A DNA stretch of 64,000 nucleotides, from NCBI RefSeq assembly GCF_032444005.1, contig NC_091285.1, positions 661,354,001 through 661,418,000 of the forward strand, in the 5' to 3' direction. The DNA comes from Ranitomeya imitator (taxonomy: Eukaryota). The notes below the pieces were generated by a model, which was given only the letters and a program-made list of their open reading frames with translations, did not search any database and was not told the DNA's origin. Positions 11,219-24,294 of the stretch are shown one piece after another (within the stretch, counting starts at the first letter, position 1; every line of letters starts with the position of its first letter). The position numbers and the translations under genes were made by a program.

Positions 11219-11874
11219 TGTCATGACAGGACTGGCGAGTAAACTGGGACCAGGGGCACCTTTCCTGGCCCTAGCACTAGGGGGCACCCTAACTCGCCCT
11301 GTTCCCTGGGATCCCTCAGATGGCAAGGATGCCGGGACCTCCACCCTTGCCCTGTCTCCTAGCTGCAGTCCTAGGAAGAGAGGCGCTACTGCATACCATA
11401 GTACACCAACCCAACAGACAGGGGAACAAAGACAAGGGTAACAAAAAGTTCCACTCACACAAAATATACTCTCACAAATAACAGAGGTATTCACCAAGGT
11501 GTGAAGGATGGGGTAAGAAAATAAGGCAGGTAAGGATGAGGAATTTCCAAGCGTACAAACCAAGCAACAGTCGCACAATAAACTCCTCCAGCTCTCCTTA
11601 TCCATTCCAGCAGCTCCTCTCTCTCCAGGTCTGTGTAGCAAGTGCTAACTCAGACAACCACCTGGCCAGAAGGCCTAGCTTTTATAGGAGAGAGGAGTGG
11701 CTAACTGTACACAGCTGAATGCAGGGATTTCCACATGGCCGATTAACCCCTGTCCTGCTGAAAGAAAACAAACGCATTTAATACACCAGAGAAGTGCTTC
11801 TTCTCAGCGGCGAAGCAGGAGCCATCAGACGCTGCGTTCTTCTGGCACTGCTCTGTCGCAGTAACTCCGTGACA
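11219..11874. mobile_element. Solo LTR-like element inserted in AG-rich simple sequence
   Basis: TGTCATGAC...CCGTGACA termini and an internal TTTTATA box; no clean TSD. Confidence 0.5.
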
Positions 11875-12003
11875 ACGGGAAGGAGAGAGTCAGCAGACAT
11901 GGGGGATAGCACATAGGGTAGACAGGTCAAAGAAGAGAGCACAGACGGAGAAGTCTGTGCTCTCCATCTAGTAGATAGATAATAGATAGACAGATACAGT
12001 TGA

Positions 12004-12211
12004 CACCAGGAGTTTACATACAGTATGTAAAAAGACACATCTGCATGCTTTCTCAATATCTGACATGAAATCAAAATAAACCTTTCCCGTTTTAGGTCAA
12101 TTATGATTACCATAATAATTAATGTTTGCCAGATGGTATATTCTGATTTCATGTCAGATATTGAGAAAACATGCATATGTGTCTTTTCATATAGTGTATG
12201 TAAACTCCTGG
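12004..12211. repeat. Short foldback (MITE-like) with ~65-bp inverted arms
   Basis: 12004-12068 is the imperfect reverse complement of 12146-12211. Confidence 0.6.
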
Positions 12212-12584
12212 TTTCAACAGTAGATAGAATAATTAAAAGGAAGGTACCACTCCAAAAAATAAGCAATAAGTAGGTAGTAGGTATACAAATGAAATAGATA
12301 GCAAAATATATATGAATGTGAACTACTTCTCATATGGGGATATACATATATACAGTATGCATTTAAACAAAAATGGAAGCAACACTCCAAAAATAATGCA
12401 AATTATAAGACTGTAATGGTCCATGTGATGACGTTTTGGTTCATAGTGTGAATCTTTCTCAAGCTGAAAAGTCACCACATTGGCTATTAACGTGCTATAA
12501 TATGCACTAATTTTGAAGTGCTGCTTCCATTTTTGTTTCTTGTATTCAATCCCCATTTGCTTTCTTTTTATACTGTATATATAA

Positions 12585-13012
12585 GGCTGGTTACACACTT
12601 GCATTGGGCAGAGCTGCGGAGGGCTGCGTGGTTCCTCTGTTAAGCCCCGCCTACTGCGCACCTCTTCCATTCAGCTCTGCCTACGTCGGCATGCATCCTG
12701 GGTATCTATCTCTAACATTGGGTATGCAGGCCATGCGAATATATGCAGATGCATCCTCTGCATGCATCCTTTTGACGCTGCGACGACTGCAACAAAATGC
12801 AACATGTTGCATTCGGCGCAGCATCAAAACAACGCATGCGGATGCATCCACATACATTTACATGGCCTGCGTACCCAATGTTAAAGATAGGTATGCAGGA
12901 TGCATGCTGACATAGGCAGAGCTGAATGGAAGAGGTGTGGCAGTGGGTGGGGCTTAATGGAGGAACTACGCAGCCCTCCACAGCTCTGCCCAACACAAAT
13001 GTGAAACCAGCC
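12585..13012. mobile_element. PIF/Harbinger-type MITE
   Basis: TIR GGCTGGTT(A/T)CACA; TAA on both flanks; long internal palindrome. Confidence 0.8.
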
Positions 13013-14674
13013 TAACTGGGCCAGCTTCTTTTTCCTTTTTGCATAAATACAGTCATGGTCAAAAGTGTTGACTCCCTTAAAATTGTTCCAGAATTGTTCC
13101 AATGAAGTATTTCTCCTAGAAAAAAAAGCAAATTGGACCAGCCATATTGTATTGTAAGATCAATCTTCATCATGTGATTAACCACAAAAATATCTTCCTT
13201 ACTAGGTGTAAGTTATTAAAAAATGGCATATAAAATCTATCTAATTTACAAGGGCTCATAAAATAGAAAATATATATTGTAGACTGGAGGGGTATAGTTT
13301 GGCCTTGGCTATTTTACACCGTTGGGTATACTTTAGCCTAGGACAGTTTATCCCCCAGGGTACACTCTGGCCTGGGCCAAACTATACCCTGGTTTAATCT
13401 GGACAGGGGTTAAATTGGCTTGTTACACCGGTACCTCTGACTTGGACACTGTACTGGAGTCTCGTGAACCGACCTCCTCATCTCAAGTCCCAAATATCCC
13501 AAATCCGGGACAGTCCTGGACTTGGGTCTACACTACGCTCTACAGTTCCAGGCATCTACTGAATGTCCCTCACTGCCACTGCCCCTCTGACATCTCCTTC
13601 TCCCAGACCCAAAATTAGTTTAAAACCCAGAAGGCCAAATAAATTCAGACTGTAGACCAGTATACAACATTTTGATTCGTAAAATAGAAGTATCTAGATC
13701 CTGCCCCCAATACCATTCCAAGAACATTCAAAACTATAAACAGACACTTTTGGTTGGTTTACATAAGCTCAACCCCATTACAGACTGGGACATGCCCACA
13801 TTTGCTCCAGTGGTTTCTGAAATTCAGGACTGTTGATGGATATGGATCAGAGGAGCCTTACTTTGATGATGACCGAAAATAACCTTACTTGCCCTACTGA
13901 GGGTCAACCAAGAGCAGGTTGCTTTAAGTTCTATTTCGTATATGTTTCTCATCTTCCTGTAACTCACATTACTGGGAAAATGGCAACCACATAGAAAATA
14001 TGTTATGTTTGAGGTTGAATTCATCCAAGCTGGTGTTGCTGACACATTGAGATATGTTATTAGACTGAACCTTTACTGATCGTGACATGAAATCTATAGT
14101 TCCGGTGAGTAAAACGCAAGGACTCGAAAACCAAAAAGTTGAGCAGAAGTTAATACGTTTGCTACATCTATTTTGAAAGGGTATTTATCTTTCACAAACA
14201 CAAATTTATTGCTCCAATGTCTCTAAAATAAATAAATGAAGCAACTCTACAATTAGTTTTCATCACAAATATTATACCTTATTGTGTACACAGATTCTAT
14301 GTGACTCAATGGTAACTGACTACAAACCAACCCAGTGTAGTCTGAACCTGCAGTCATAACCCATTACAACTGTATCATACTTCGTACTGGCTAATTGATT
14401 GTAGGGTATAGAGAAAGTAGAAGAAACTTATTCTTATTGCTGCCTCAACATTAGTAGCATTCATGGTGCCCCACAACAGTGCCTGCCAGATTGTCCCATA
14501 ATTTCCCTCTATTACCTCTAAAATTGGTAATCCCAAATCCCTCTTAGTAGTGCAGGGTACGAAACCACTTTTATTCACTTGTCTCTACTTGAGGGGTCGG
14601 GCTTTGCTCCCTTCCTCTATGGCCGCCGCCCTTTGTTGTGCTCCACATCAGGTTTGACAAGGAGCTCACTCATA

Positions 14675-15464
14675 CAGGGAGGGTCATGTGTATGGATACA
14701 CCTAAATAAAATGTGAATGGTTGGTGATATCAACTTCCTGTTTGTGGCACATTAGTATATGGGAGGGGGAAAACTTTTCAAGATGGGTGGTGACCATGGC
14801 GGCCATTTTGAAGTCGGACATTTTGGATCCAACTTTATTAGAGGGTCATGTAACCCATCAAACTTATTGAGAATTTCACAAGAAAAACAATGGTGTGCTA
14901 GGTTTTAACGGAACTTTATTCTTTCATGAGTTATTTACAAGTTTCTCTTTGTTACAGCCATTCACATGTCGTCAAAGTCAACACGTGAGGAGAGGATAGA
15001 AATTGTGTTGATGTCTGGTGAACGCGGTACCCGGGTTATTGCAGCAGATTTCAATGCAAGACACCCTACGCAAGAAGACTGACACCATTACCATGTTATT
15101 TAGGTGTATCCATATAAATGGCCCACCCAAAAACGTTTGCCTCATCACTGAACATGATGTTCTGTGTAAACTGAGGGTCCTGTTCCAATTTTTGTTTTGC
15201 CCATTCTGCAAATTCAGCGTGCCAATCTGACATCAGTCGAACATCCCTTCGGCGGATATTAGCTACTCACAAACGGCACCCTTACAATAGCATCTCAACG
15301 AGGATGACCCAGATCGGTGCGCTGAATTTGCAGAAAAATAAACCTAAAATATAAAGGAAATGTGTAACCTTTAACTTTTAGAGATCATTTCATCTTCAAC
15401 TTCCTTAGCTATTCACAATAACAGTAATTTTCACCAAGGGTGTACAAACATTAACATGCCACGG
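14675..15464 (+). mobile_element. Deleted mariner/Tc1-superfamily element with a remnant of the transposase N-terminus
   Basis: TA flanks; degenerate TIR (CAGGGAGGGTCATGTGTATGGATACACC); peptide TREERIEIVLMSGERGTRVIAADFNARHP at about 14985-15070. Confidence 0.65.
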
Positions 15465-16714
15465 TATTGCTTCTGTAGATATCAGCCATAAGCCTCTAAG
15501 GCAGTGCCGATCACACAGCCGCCACAACAGTACCTATTACTTATATGTTCGTGCCATATTGCCAGCCAAAAGTCCCCATAGCAGGATCATCCATTTGTCA
15601 TCATACGTGCCCGCCAAACTGACCACACAACTGCTAGTCATATGGCTTCTCAATCGTCTCTGAGAGCTTCTGGTTTTCCAGCTGTAATTCACCATGAGGC
15701 GAGGTTAGACATTCTCAGTAATCTTTGGGCTTTACCATATCGGCTTTGGATGATTAATAATAATCATATAGAAATGTTTCTATCCCCCATACATTACATT
15801 GATGATAGGAAAATTTTCGGGACGACTCATCTTGTGCCAACTTTATAAAAGCCATTTACAGTTGAAAGTGAAGCCGCTGTCCAGCTGCTGCCGTAAAGGT
15901 CCGGGCCGGGCGGATTCACTTGTATTGATTGTAACTGTGTAAGAATGAGGGGTGCGGGAGCAGCTGACGGCACAGCTGGGATTTCAATGCGAAGAGATAT
16001 ATATAACATATACTATCATTTGCATCAATGAGGACAGATGCTCTGGGATATGAAGAACAAGGACAAATCCTGAAGAGTTCAGCATGGGACCCCACTCCTG
16101 CTGTATACTGGTATTATTTGAACACTATATGATGGCACTGCTACTTTGGCTCTGCATAGAAAATTATTTTTGCAGTATATATCAGTGGAGGCACTGTATA
16201 GCACTTTTATTTAGGTAAGTGTATGGCATAAGTTATACGGCCAATGTATTACACTGTTTTATGGTGCCATACTTGTCTGGTGATTTGCACATTGTGTAAT
16301 AGTTCACAGTATGGAAGGAAGGGGGCGCCAAGAGAAAGCAATGCACAAGGCAGCATTCAATGTAAGGATGGTCCTGTTTTCTACCAAAGTATAATTCATA
16401 CAGAAAAAAATACATTTGCTTCTTAAATCCGGGAACTCTGCATTTCTGCAGGAGATTTGCAATTTAAACTGCAGCAGGTCAGGCCTGAGAAAAAGACCCA
16501 TGGCGGTTTGGGAACAGTACCTCAAAAAAATGCCACAATGACATTTTGAGAAAGTGTAGCTTGTTTTGTAAGCATTTTTAATGCAGATTTTTGCCACAGA
16601 AAATGTGCATTCTCAACTCCAAAATCCCTACCAAAATTACACTGGAACAAAGGGACCTGGATAATTGAGAATCTGAACTGTACTTAATTATTCCAAAATG
16701 GGATATTCAGTCCC

Positions 16715-17158
16715 CTCTGTGCTATTGACAAACCAATAGAGAACTTATGAAGACACTGGATCAAAAGTGTAAATATTAAAAACCATAAACTTTATTACAG
16801 AAGATTAAAAATACATATAGATAATATAACAAACTGGTGAGGCGTAACAGACAATAAGTACAAGGTCATAGCAGAAGCTCTAGACTAATAGGACTCCCCT
16901 ACATATACCATATATAGAGTAACTACCGTACGAAAATATACCATATGTAAGAGGCTCCTAAATAATGCTGATAATACAGCTGATCCACAGTATATATAAT
17001 CAGAAGAGACCCACAGCTAGTAGGCGTGGGCCTAAATAGTGAATCACTATGTAGGTAACAGATAACAGCTAAAGGTCATATATACCTGTAGACATGACGG
17101 AGCCCAGGGGAGAGGAGTCATACAAACTAGGCACACCTCGACGCGCGTTTCGCTGCAG
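16715..17158 (-). mobile_element. Penelope-like terminal-repeat remnant
   Basis: The minus strand has CGAAACGCGCGTCGAGG (3' half of a hammerhead motif) at 17135-17151, next to AT-rich sequence. Confidence 0.4.
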
Positions 17159-17229
17159 GAGCATTGATTGGGTGTAAGCCACAAGCATAATGTGGATAGA
17201 TGCTAAACAAATTTTAAGGGATAATCCCC

Positions 17230-18120
17230 TTGACCATACCTGTTCTCTTCAACATATTCATTAATGATCTGGTAGAAGGTTTACACAGTAAAATATCGAT
17301 ATTTGCAGATGATACAAAACTATGTAAAGCAGTTAATACAAGAGAAGATAGTATTCTGCTACAGATGGATCTGGATAAGTTGGAAACTTGGGCTGAAAGG
17401 TGGCAGATGAGGTTTAACAATGATAAATGTAAGGTTATACACATGGGAAGAAGGAATCAATATCACCATTACACACTGAATGGGAAACCATTGGGTAAAT
17501 CTGACAGGGAGAAGGACTTGGGGATCCTAGTTAATGATAAACTTACCTGGAGCAGCCAGTGCCAGGCAGCAGCTGCCAAGGCAAACAGGATCATGGGGTG
17601 CATTAAAAGAGGTCTGGATACACATGATGAGAGCATTATACTGCCTCTGTACAAATCCCTAGTTAGACCGCACATGGAGTACTGTGTCCAGTTTTGGGCA
17701 CCGGTGCTCAGGAAGGATATAATGGAACTAGAGAGAGTACAAAGGAGGGCAACAAAATTAATAAAGGGGATGGGAGAACTACAATACCCAGATAGATTAG
17801 CGAAATTAAGATTATTTAGTCTAGAAAAAAGACGACTGAGGGGCGATCTAATAACCATGTATAAGTATATAAGGGGACAATACAAATATCTCGCTGAGGA
17901 TCTGTTTATACCAAGGAAGGTGACGGGCACAAGGGGGCATTCTTTGCGTCTGGAGGAGAGAAGGTTTTTCCACCAACATAGAAGAGGATTCTTTACTGTT
18001 AGGGCAGTGAGAATCTGGAATTGCTTGCCTGAGGAGGTGGTGATGGCGAACTCAGTCGAGGGGTTCAAGAGAGGCCTGGATGTCTTCCTGGAGCAGAACA
18101 ATATTGTATCATACAATTAG
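17230..18120 (+). pseudogene. CR1 ORF2 C-terminal fragment (RT domains 5-7 and C-terminus); open frame but 5'-truncated
   Basis: 296-aa ORF LFNIFINDL...SKISIFADDTKL...LEKRRLRGDLITMYKY. Confidence 0.9.
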
Positions 18121-18221
18121 GTTCTGTAGAAGGACGTAGATCTGGGGATTTATTATGATGGAATATAGGCTGAACTGGATGGACAAATGTCTTTTTTCGG
18201 CCTTACTACTAACTATGTTAC
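17238..18221 (+). mobile_element. 5'-truncated CR1 LINE (copy 1)
   Basis: RT C-terminal motifs FADDTKL, WQMRFNNDKCKVIHMG and HMEYCVQFWAP; 3' UTR ending in CTATGTTAC repeats. Confidence 0.95.
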
Positions 18222-18529
18222 CTCCCAATTCTGAAGAAAAAAATCCGAGTAACAATGGACATCGACGGATTGTATATGGCGGCTGGTACTTATGATTTTT
18301 AATAGGAATGAAATAAAAGTAAAATTTTAAAAACTTATGAATAGTAAAAGATGGGCATTTTTTTGAATTGTAGACATGAGAGAAGGCACGTTTTGTGGTG
18401 CACACATCAGACGGCAAAAAAAAATATTACTAGCCCATGTTTTTAATTTCTTCCAGTCGTTTTTGCATTCCCACACAAAACTATTGCCTTTAATGTAGCC
18501 TCTTAAAGTTCCCACACATTAAGATGCTC

Positions 18530-19400
18530 TACAGTCCCCACACACAATATGATGTCCTAAAAGTCCCCATGGCACACAGTATGATCCCCACACATAGTAT
18601 GATACCCCGTTGGCACACAGTATGATAACCCTACAGCCCTCCACATACAGTATGATTCTCCCACAGCTCCCCACACACAGTATGATTCCCGCACACATAG
18701 TATGATGTCCCCACGGCGCACAGTATGATGCCCTCACAGCCCTCCACACATAGTATGATTCTCCCACTGCTCCCAACACACAGTATGATTCCCCCACACA
18801 TAGTATGATGTCCCCACGGCGCACAGTATGATGCCCTCACAGCCCTCCACACATAGTATGATTCTCCCACTGCTCCCCACACACAGTATGATTCCCCCAC
18901 ACATAGTATGATGTCCCCACGGCGCACAGTATGATGCCCTCACAGCTCTCCACACATAGTATGATTCTCCCACTGCTCCCCACACACAGTATGATTCTCC
19001 CACACACAGTATGAATTCTCCACATTCCCCCACACATAGTATGATTCTCCCACAGCTCCCCACACACATTGTGAATTCCCACACACATAGTATGATGTCC
19101 CCACGGCACACAGTATGATGCCCTCACAGCCCTCCACACATAGTATGATTCTCCCACTGCTCCCCACACACAGTATGATTCCCGCACACATAGTATGATG
19201 TCCCCACGGCGCACAGTATGATGCCCTCACAGCCCTCCACACATAGTATGATTCTCCCACTGCTCCCCACACACATTATGAATTCCCACACACATAGTAT
19301 GATGTCCCCACGGCACACAGTATGATGGCCTCACAGCCCTCCATACACAGTATGACTCCACCACACATATTATGAATTCCCCACATTCCCCTACATACAG
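18530..19400. repeat. Compound minisatellite (~103-bp higher-order unit built from CACACAGTATGAT subrepeats)
   Basis: Tracked repeat-derived ORFs recur at 103-bp spacing (18631, 18734, 18837, 18940). Confidence 0.9.
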
Positions 19401-19804
19401 TATAATGCCCCAGCATTGCCTCCACTAACAGTATTATATCACCCACAGCCCACCTCTTACTCTATATGATCTATTCCTGCAGGCACAATGCAGTGCTATA
19501 GTGATATGTTCAGCTGACAGCACCTCTCTCCACCATTATATCCAACTGTATGTGCATCTTAAAGATGCAGATATATTTGCAAAAGGGACAAGCACCCAAC
19601 TTCCAAGGAAAGCGGGAAAGCCACCTGGGAATATTTCCTCTTTATCTAGCATGGTAGGGAGACATGTCCTTAACTTTGCATTTGGGGATTGTCTTTGCTG
19701 CATGGGAATGTTAAGGTTGTGGTCCTCTGGCCCTCAGGTAATAGTGGCGTTGTGATGTGGAAGCCAAAATTCAGCCACCAGAGCGGGCGAGAAATGAGGG
19801 AGAC

Positions 19805-21170
19805 AGAACCACGAGATTAAGTAGAGCCAGACTACAGAACCAGAAGATGGAGTAGAGCCAGTCAGCAGAACCAGAAGATGGAGAAGAGCCAGACAACAGA
19901 ACCAGAAGATGGAGTAGAGCCAGAGAACAGAACCAGACAATGGAGTAGTAACAGACAAAAGAACCAGAAGATGGAGTAGAGCCAGACAACTCAACCAGAA
20001 GATGGAGAAGAGCCAGACAAAATAACCAGAAGATGGAGTAAAGCCAGACAATAGAACCAGAAGATGGAGTTATCATGACCCCTGATGCAGGCTTACAGCA
20101 GGGGTCTGCGCACAGATACAAAGAGAACAGGGGGGTGTGAGAGGAGAGCTGCCATGATCTTAACGACCTGAGCACAGGACCTGAAACACGTGATCCCTAA
20201 GGGGAGTGGTCAGAGGCGGAGCCAGATGCTGGGTTGCAGCAGTGACCGGCGATGCCAGAGAGCAGTCAGAATGTGCCGAAGTCAAGCCAGGAGGTCAATG
20301 AGGTGCTGAAGGGTGAGACGAAAAGGGAGGTCAGGATGTAGCCAAAGGTCGGGGAGCTGGAGATAGCGGTACAGTACAAGTGGGGCAGGCGGGTGCGGAA
20401 TAAGAGTCAACAAGCCAGAAGGTCAGAGCCAGAAGAGACAGTAATAACAGAATCACAGAGTAAAGCACAAAACGAGAAAACAGACTAGGTCATACATGAG
20501 AGACAATCAGACAAAACAGTATGCAAGCACACCAGGGGGTCAGACACACAGCCAGAATTAATGCATAATTGACAAGGAACCCCAGATTGGGGAGGGTATA
20601 TATAGCCCTCCCAAATCCAAAAAGAGGCCACACAAAATTAACCCTGAGAGGACAGGGAAAGGAACCCTGTCCATAACCATGACAGGATTAGAGCCGGAAA
20701 ACAGAACAAGGAGATGGAATAGAGCCAATTAACAGAACCAGAAGATGGAGTAGAGCCAGACCCAGACAACAGAACCAGAAGATAGAGTAGCACCAGAGAA
20801 CATAACAAGGAGATGGGGTAGAGCCAATCAACAGAACCAGAAGATGGAATACAGCCAGACAACAGAACCAGAAGATGGAATACAGCCAGACAACAGAATC
20901 AGAAGATGGAGTAGAGCCAGACCCAGACAACAGAACCAAAAGATGGAGTAGAGCCAGAGAACAGAACAAGGAGATGGGGTAGAGCCAATCAACAGAACCA
21001 GAAGATGGAGTATGGCCAGACAACAGAACCAGAAGATGGAGTAGAGCCAGACAACCGAACCCGAAGATGGAGTAGAGCCAGAACCAGAAGATGGAGTAGA
21101 GCCAGAACCAGAAGATGGACTAGAGCCAGACAACAGAACCAGAAGATGGAGTAGAGCCATACAACAATGA
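19805..21170. repeat. Purine-rich ~36-bp minisatellite (CAGAACCAGAAGATGGAGTAGAGCCAGACAA) split by a solo LTR
   Basis: The same unit occurs on both sides of 20071-20684. Confidence 0.85.
20071..20684. mobile_element. Solo LTR-like insertion (614 bp)
   Basis: T(A)TCATGA...CCATGACA termini; GGAGT/GGATT near-TSD; interrupts a minisatellite. Confidence 0.6.
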
Positions 21171-21499
21171 ATGAATGTTCTTCTATTATACATGTCATGA
21201 ATTATGCTATATGAATCATGTTTAATGTCCGCTGTATATGAGATCATTATTAATCTTCAATTATGTCATCGTGTGGGCTATGTCATAGCAATCTGTTACA
21301 CCATATGACTGCGGGAAAAGCCAGAGACTAATAAAGACATTGTCACTTTCTTGTATCTAGATGTTGGAGTGCTGGCGTTGAGGAACTGGCTGAGGTAAAG
21401 ATGAGCCATCGAACTCAGTGATTGGCCACAGCGGTGATGAGCACTGTCAATGTGATGTCACCGCTGCAGCCAAAATACAGAGACCGGAGCAGCGGCTCT

Positions 21500-21944
21500 A
21501 TACCTCTCTCTTTAACTCAAACCTATCTCTCTCAGTTATCTCTTATACCTAACTCTCTCATACCTATCTCTTTCTATCTCTCTCTCATACCTCTCCTTAT
21601 ATCTGTTTCTTATACCTTTCTCATATCTCTCTCATTAACTAATACCTATCTCTGTTATATCTATCTCATACTGTACCTAAAACTCTCTCATACTTCCGTC
21701 GCTCTCTTTCTCTTCTCTGTTATACCACTTTCTCTATCTCATTCCACTCCTTTTTTCTATCTTTCTCTTTGTCTCATTCCTATCTCTTTCTAAGTTATCT
21801 CTCTTTCTCATACTTTTCTCATACATATCTGTCTTTTCTGTCTCTATCATATCTCTCTGTATCTCATACAGCGCTTTCTTTCCCTCATACCTATCTCTCT
21901 CATATGTCTATCTTGTACCTATCTCTCTTTAACTCAAACCTATA
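21500..21944. repeat. CT-rich low-complexity tract
   Basis: Degenerate (CT)n/CTCATACCTAT repeats. Confidence 0.85.
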
Positions 21945-22880
21945 TGTGGCACCCCAGGAGTCCGGATGCCACAGTGGCAATGCCTCCCTCACAAGGGGTA
22001 ATGCCATGCCTGGAAGCAAGAAGGGATCCCCTTAAAGGGAACCTGTCACCCCCAAAATCGACGATAAGCTAAGCCCATCAGCATCAGGGGCTTATCTACA
22101 GCATTCTAGAAAGCTGTAGATAAGCCCCCGATGTATCCTGAAAAATGAGAAAAAGAGGTTAGATTATACTCACACAGGGGCGGTCCCGCTGCAGTCCGGT
22201 CCAATGGGCGTCACGGTCCGGTCCGGGGCCTTCCATCTTCTTACGATGACGTCCTCTTCTTGCCTTCACGCTGCGGCTCCGGCGCAGGCATACTTTGCCC
22301 CGTTGAGGGCAGAGCAAAATACTGCAGTGCGCAGGCGCCAGGAAAGGTCAGAGAAGCCCGGCACCTGCGCACTGCAGTACTTTGCTCTGCCCTCAATAGG
22401 GCAGACAAAGTACGCCTGCGCCGGAGCCGCAGCATGAAGACAAGAAGAGGACGTCATCCTATGAAGATAGGAGGCCCCGGACCGCGACGCCCATCGGATC
22501 GGACTGCTGTGGGACCACCCCTGGGTGAGTATAATCTAACCTCTTTTTCTCATCTTTCAGGATACATCGGGGGCTTATCTACAGCATTAAAGAATGCTGT
22601 AGATAAGCCCCTGATGCTGGTGGGCTTAGCTCATCGTCGATTTTGGGGGTGACAGGTTCCCTTTAAGAGGTAACTCTGGCATACAACATCTTTCCTGACT
22701 CCAGACCAGAAGGGGGAGCTCTACACCCGATTTCAGGGGTGCTTCCCTGATAAGTTCTGGTCTGGAGGAGGGGTTAGTCAGTCAGTCAGAGCTAGTGAAG
22801 GAAGAGGAAGCAAGTGAGGAGAAGCTGGGGATAGGAGCTGCGAATGAGCTCACCGCAGGACTGAGCGCAACAGACCAGAC
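21945..22880 (+). mobile_element. LTR-like fragment (TGTGGCACCCC start) interrupted by a T2 MITE
   Basis: TG start; sequence is continuous across the TTAA insertion site at 22032/22666; right end undefined. Confidence 0.4.
22036..22662. mobile_element. T2/Kolobok-type MITE, 627 bp, nearly fully palindromic
   Basis: TTAA at 22032-22035 and 22663-22666; TIR AGGGAACCTGTCACCCCCAAAATCGACG extending more than 100 bp. Confidence 0.92.
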
Positions 22881-23129
22881 ATCGGAGTCCGTGTTTGTGT
22901 GGGAACTGCATGCCCAGCAACTGAATCTGCAAGCAGCGTCCGAAGCGCGTCACAAAACACAGGCACATTGCTAGCGCGTGCCGAAAATGGCACGCGCTAG
23001 CGATGCGCGTTCCCATTGCTGCCAATGGGCGTGCTAACGGACACGTTGCACGGCGTTAATTTCGCCGTGCAACGCTGTCCGTTAGCGCGGTCCCATTAAC
23101 ACAATGGGAACCTAGCCTAAGTGGTTTCT

Positions 23130-24060
23130 GCTTGAAAACTCTTGGTTTTTGAACTCCGGAATAAAACTCAGTATGAACATAACCTTTCCGCACTCTGAGT
23201 ATTTTATTACTATTATTATTTAAGATGCCGGACAGCCCCTTAAGTAAAATCTTCGAAATAGGTAGGCCAAGGCTAAGTGTCCTCAAATGATCACAAATTG
23301 TGCTGAAGATGTGAGGAGCATCTAGTATCGGGAATCCATTTAGAGGATGATGAAGTGCCTTCTTCTCAGACTTCGGCAGTAAAACCTCAAATACATATTT
23401 ATTACCATCTCTTTATCCATCACTTTGTTCCTTTAATCCCGTCATTGTCCCTCCTCGTCAAGGCGCCCCTGATCCTCATATATACAGTCAGCTGCCTTGG
23501 ATCATCAGCTTCGACATTCCTCCTCTCAAAGATTATTTTACACTTGTAGCATAAAGAGCAGATAAAAGGGTCGCACCCGCCAGAGAGACAGGCTTCCCTA
23601 AATCATAATCCACCCTAAAAGTGAGGATGTCTACATGACACGAGGTCAGCGTCTTTTATTCTACTCACGTGTGGCAAGTTACATACAGTCATGGATGTTC
23701 TTCTGTCGTACCCTATAGACAAAAATGGGGAGAGCGATGTGAGAATCTTCAAAACTTTTTTTTATTTAGAATACAAAATGATCAGGAGTTTGAATTTTTT
23801 CCCCAACATCATCTGATGGGGAAGAGTCGGGAGTCCCGCATACACATTAGATAGTTGGACATCCTCGACAAAATCATTGGGTTTTGCCAACTTTCAAGTA
23901 ATGTTTATGGTAGCCGTAACCACTTTGATTCCGCTGAATGAGTTGAATGACCCAGATCAGAATTATCTCTGATCCCAGTCACTGAAGCAAGAAATTAGTT
24001 GTATTTATAGTAATGTAGGGGAAGGAAGATGATTTTTCTTGGACTTAAACATGAACAGCT
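23130..24060 (-). pseudogene. Highly degenerate L1-like ORF2 remnant
   Basis: Only weak, broken similarity to RT-region peptides; many stops. Confidence 0.25.
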
Positions 24061-24294
24061 TAAAGGTTAGAGAGTTGGAGTCCAACCTCCTTGGCTACAC
24101 TTCAGAATTGGTGGCATAGTGGTCATTTAAAAACGATGATGGCCTATCCTAAAAATAAGCCATCTATGTTTTAATTTCGGAAATCCATTTTTGAAGTTGT
24201 CATCAAATTTATGACCAGCTAGCTGTAGTGTAAAGTCTAGAGGGCTAGGACCATTATTAGTCTATGAACCCACGTACAAGGGAACAAAAGGGAC

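Noticed and set aside
17469-18116. 215-aa antisense ORFs in both CR1 copies (also 46961-47608)
   Set aside because: Shadow frames of CR1 ORF2; their duplication simply reflects the near-identical copies.
18519-21247. Numerous Cys/Trp/Tyr-rich repetitive ORFs
   Set aside because: Translations of minisatellites; they overlap in several frames and lack gene structure.
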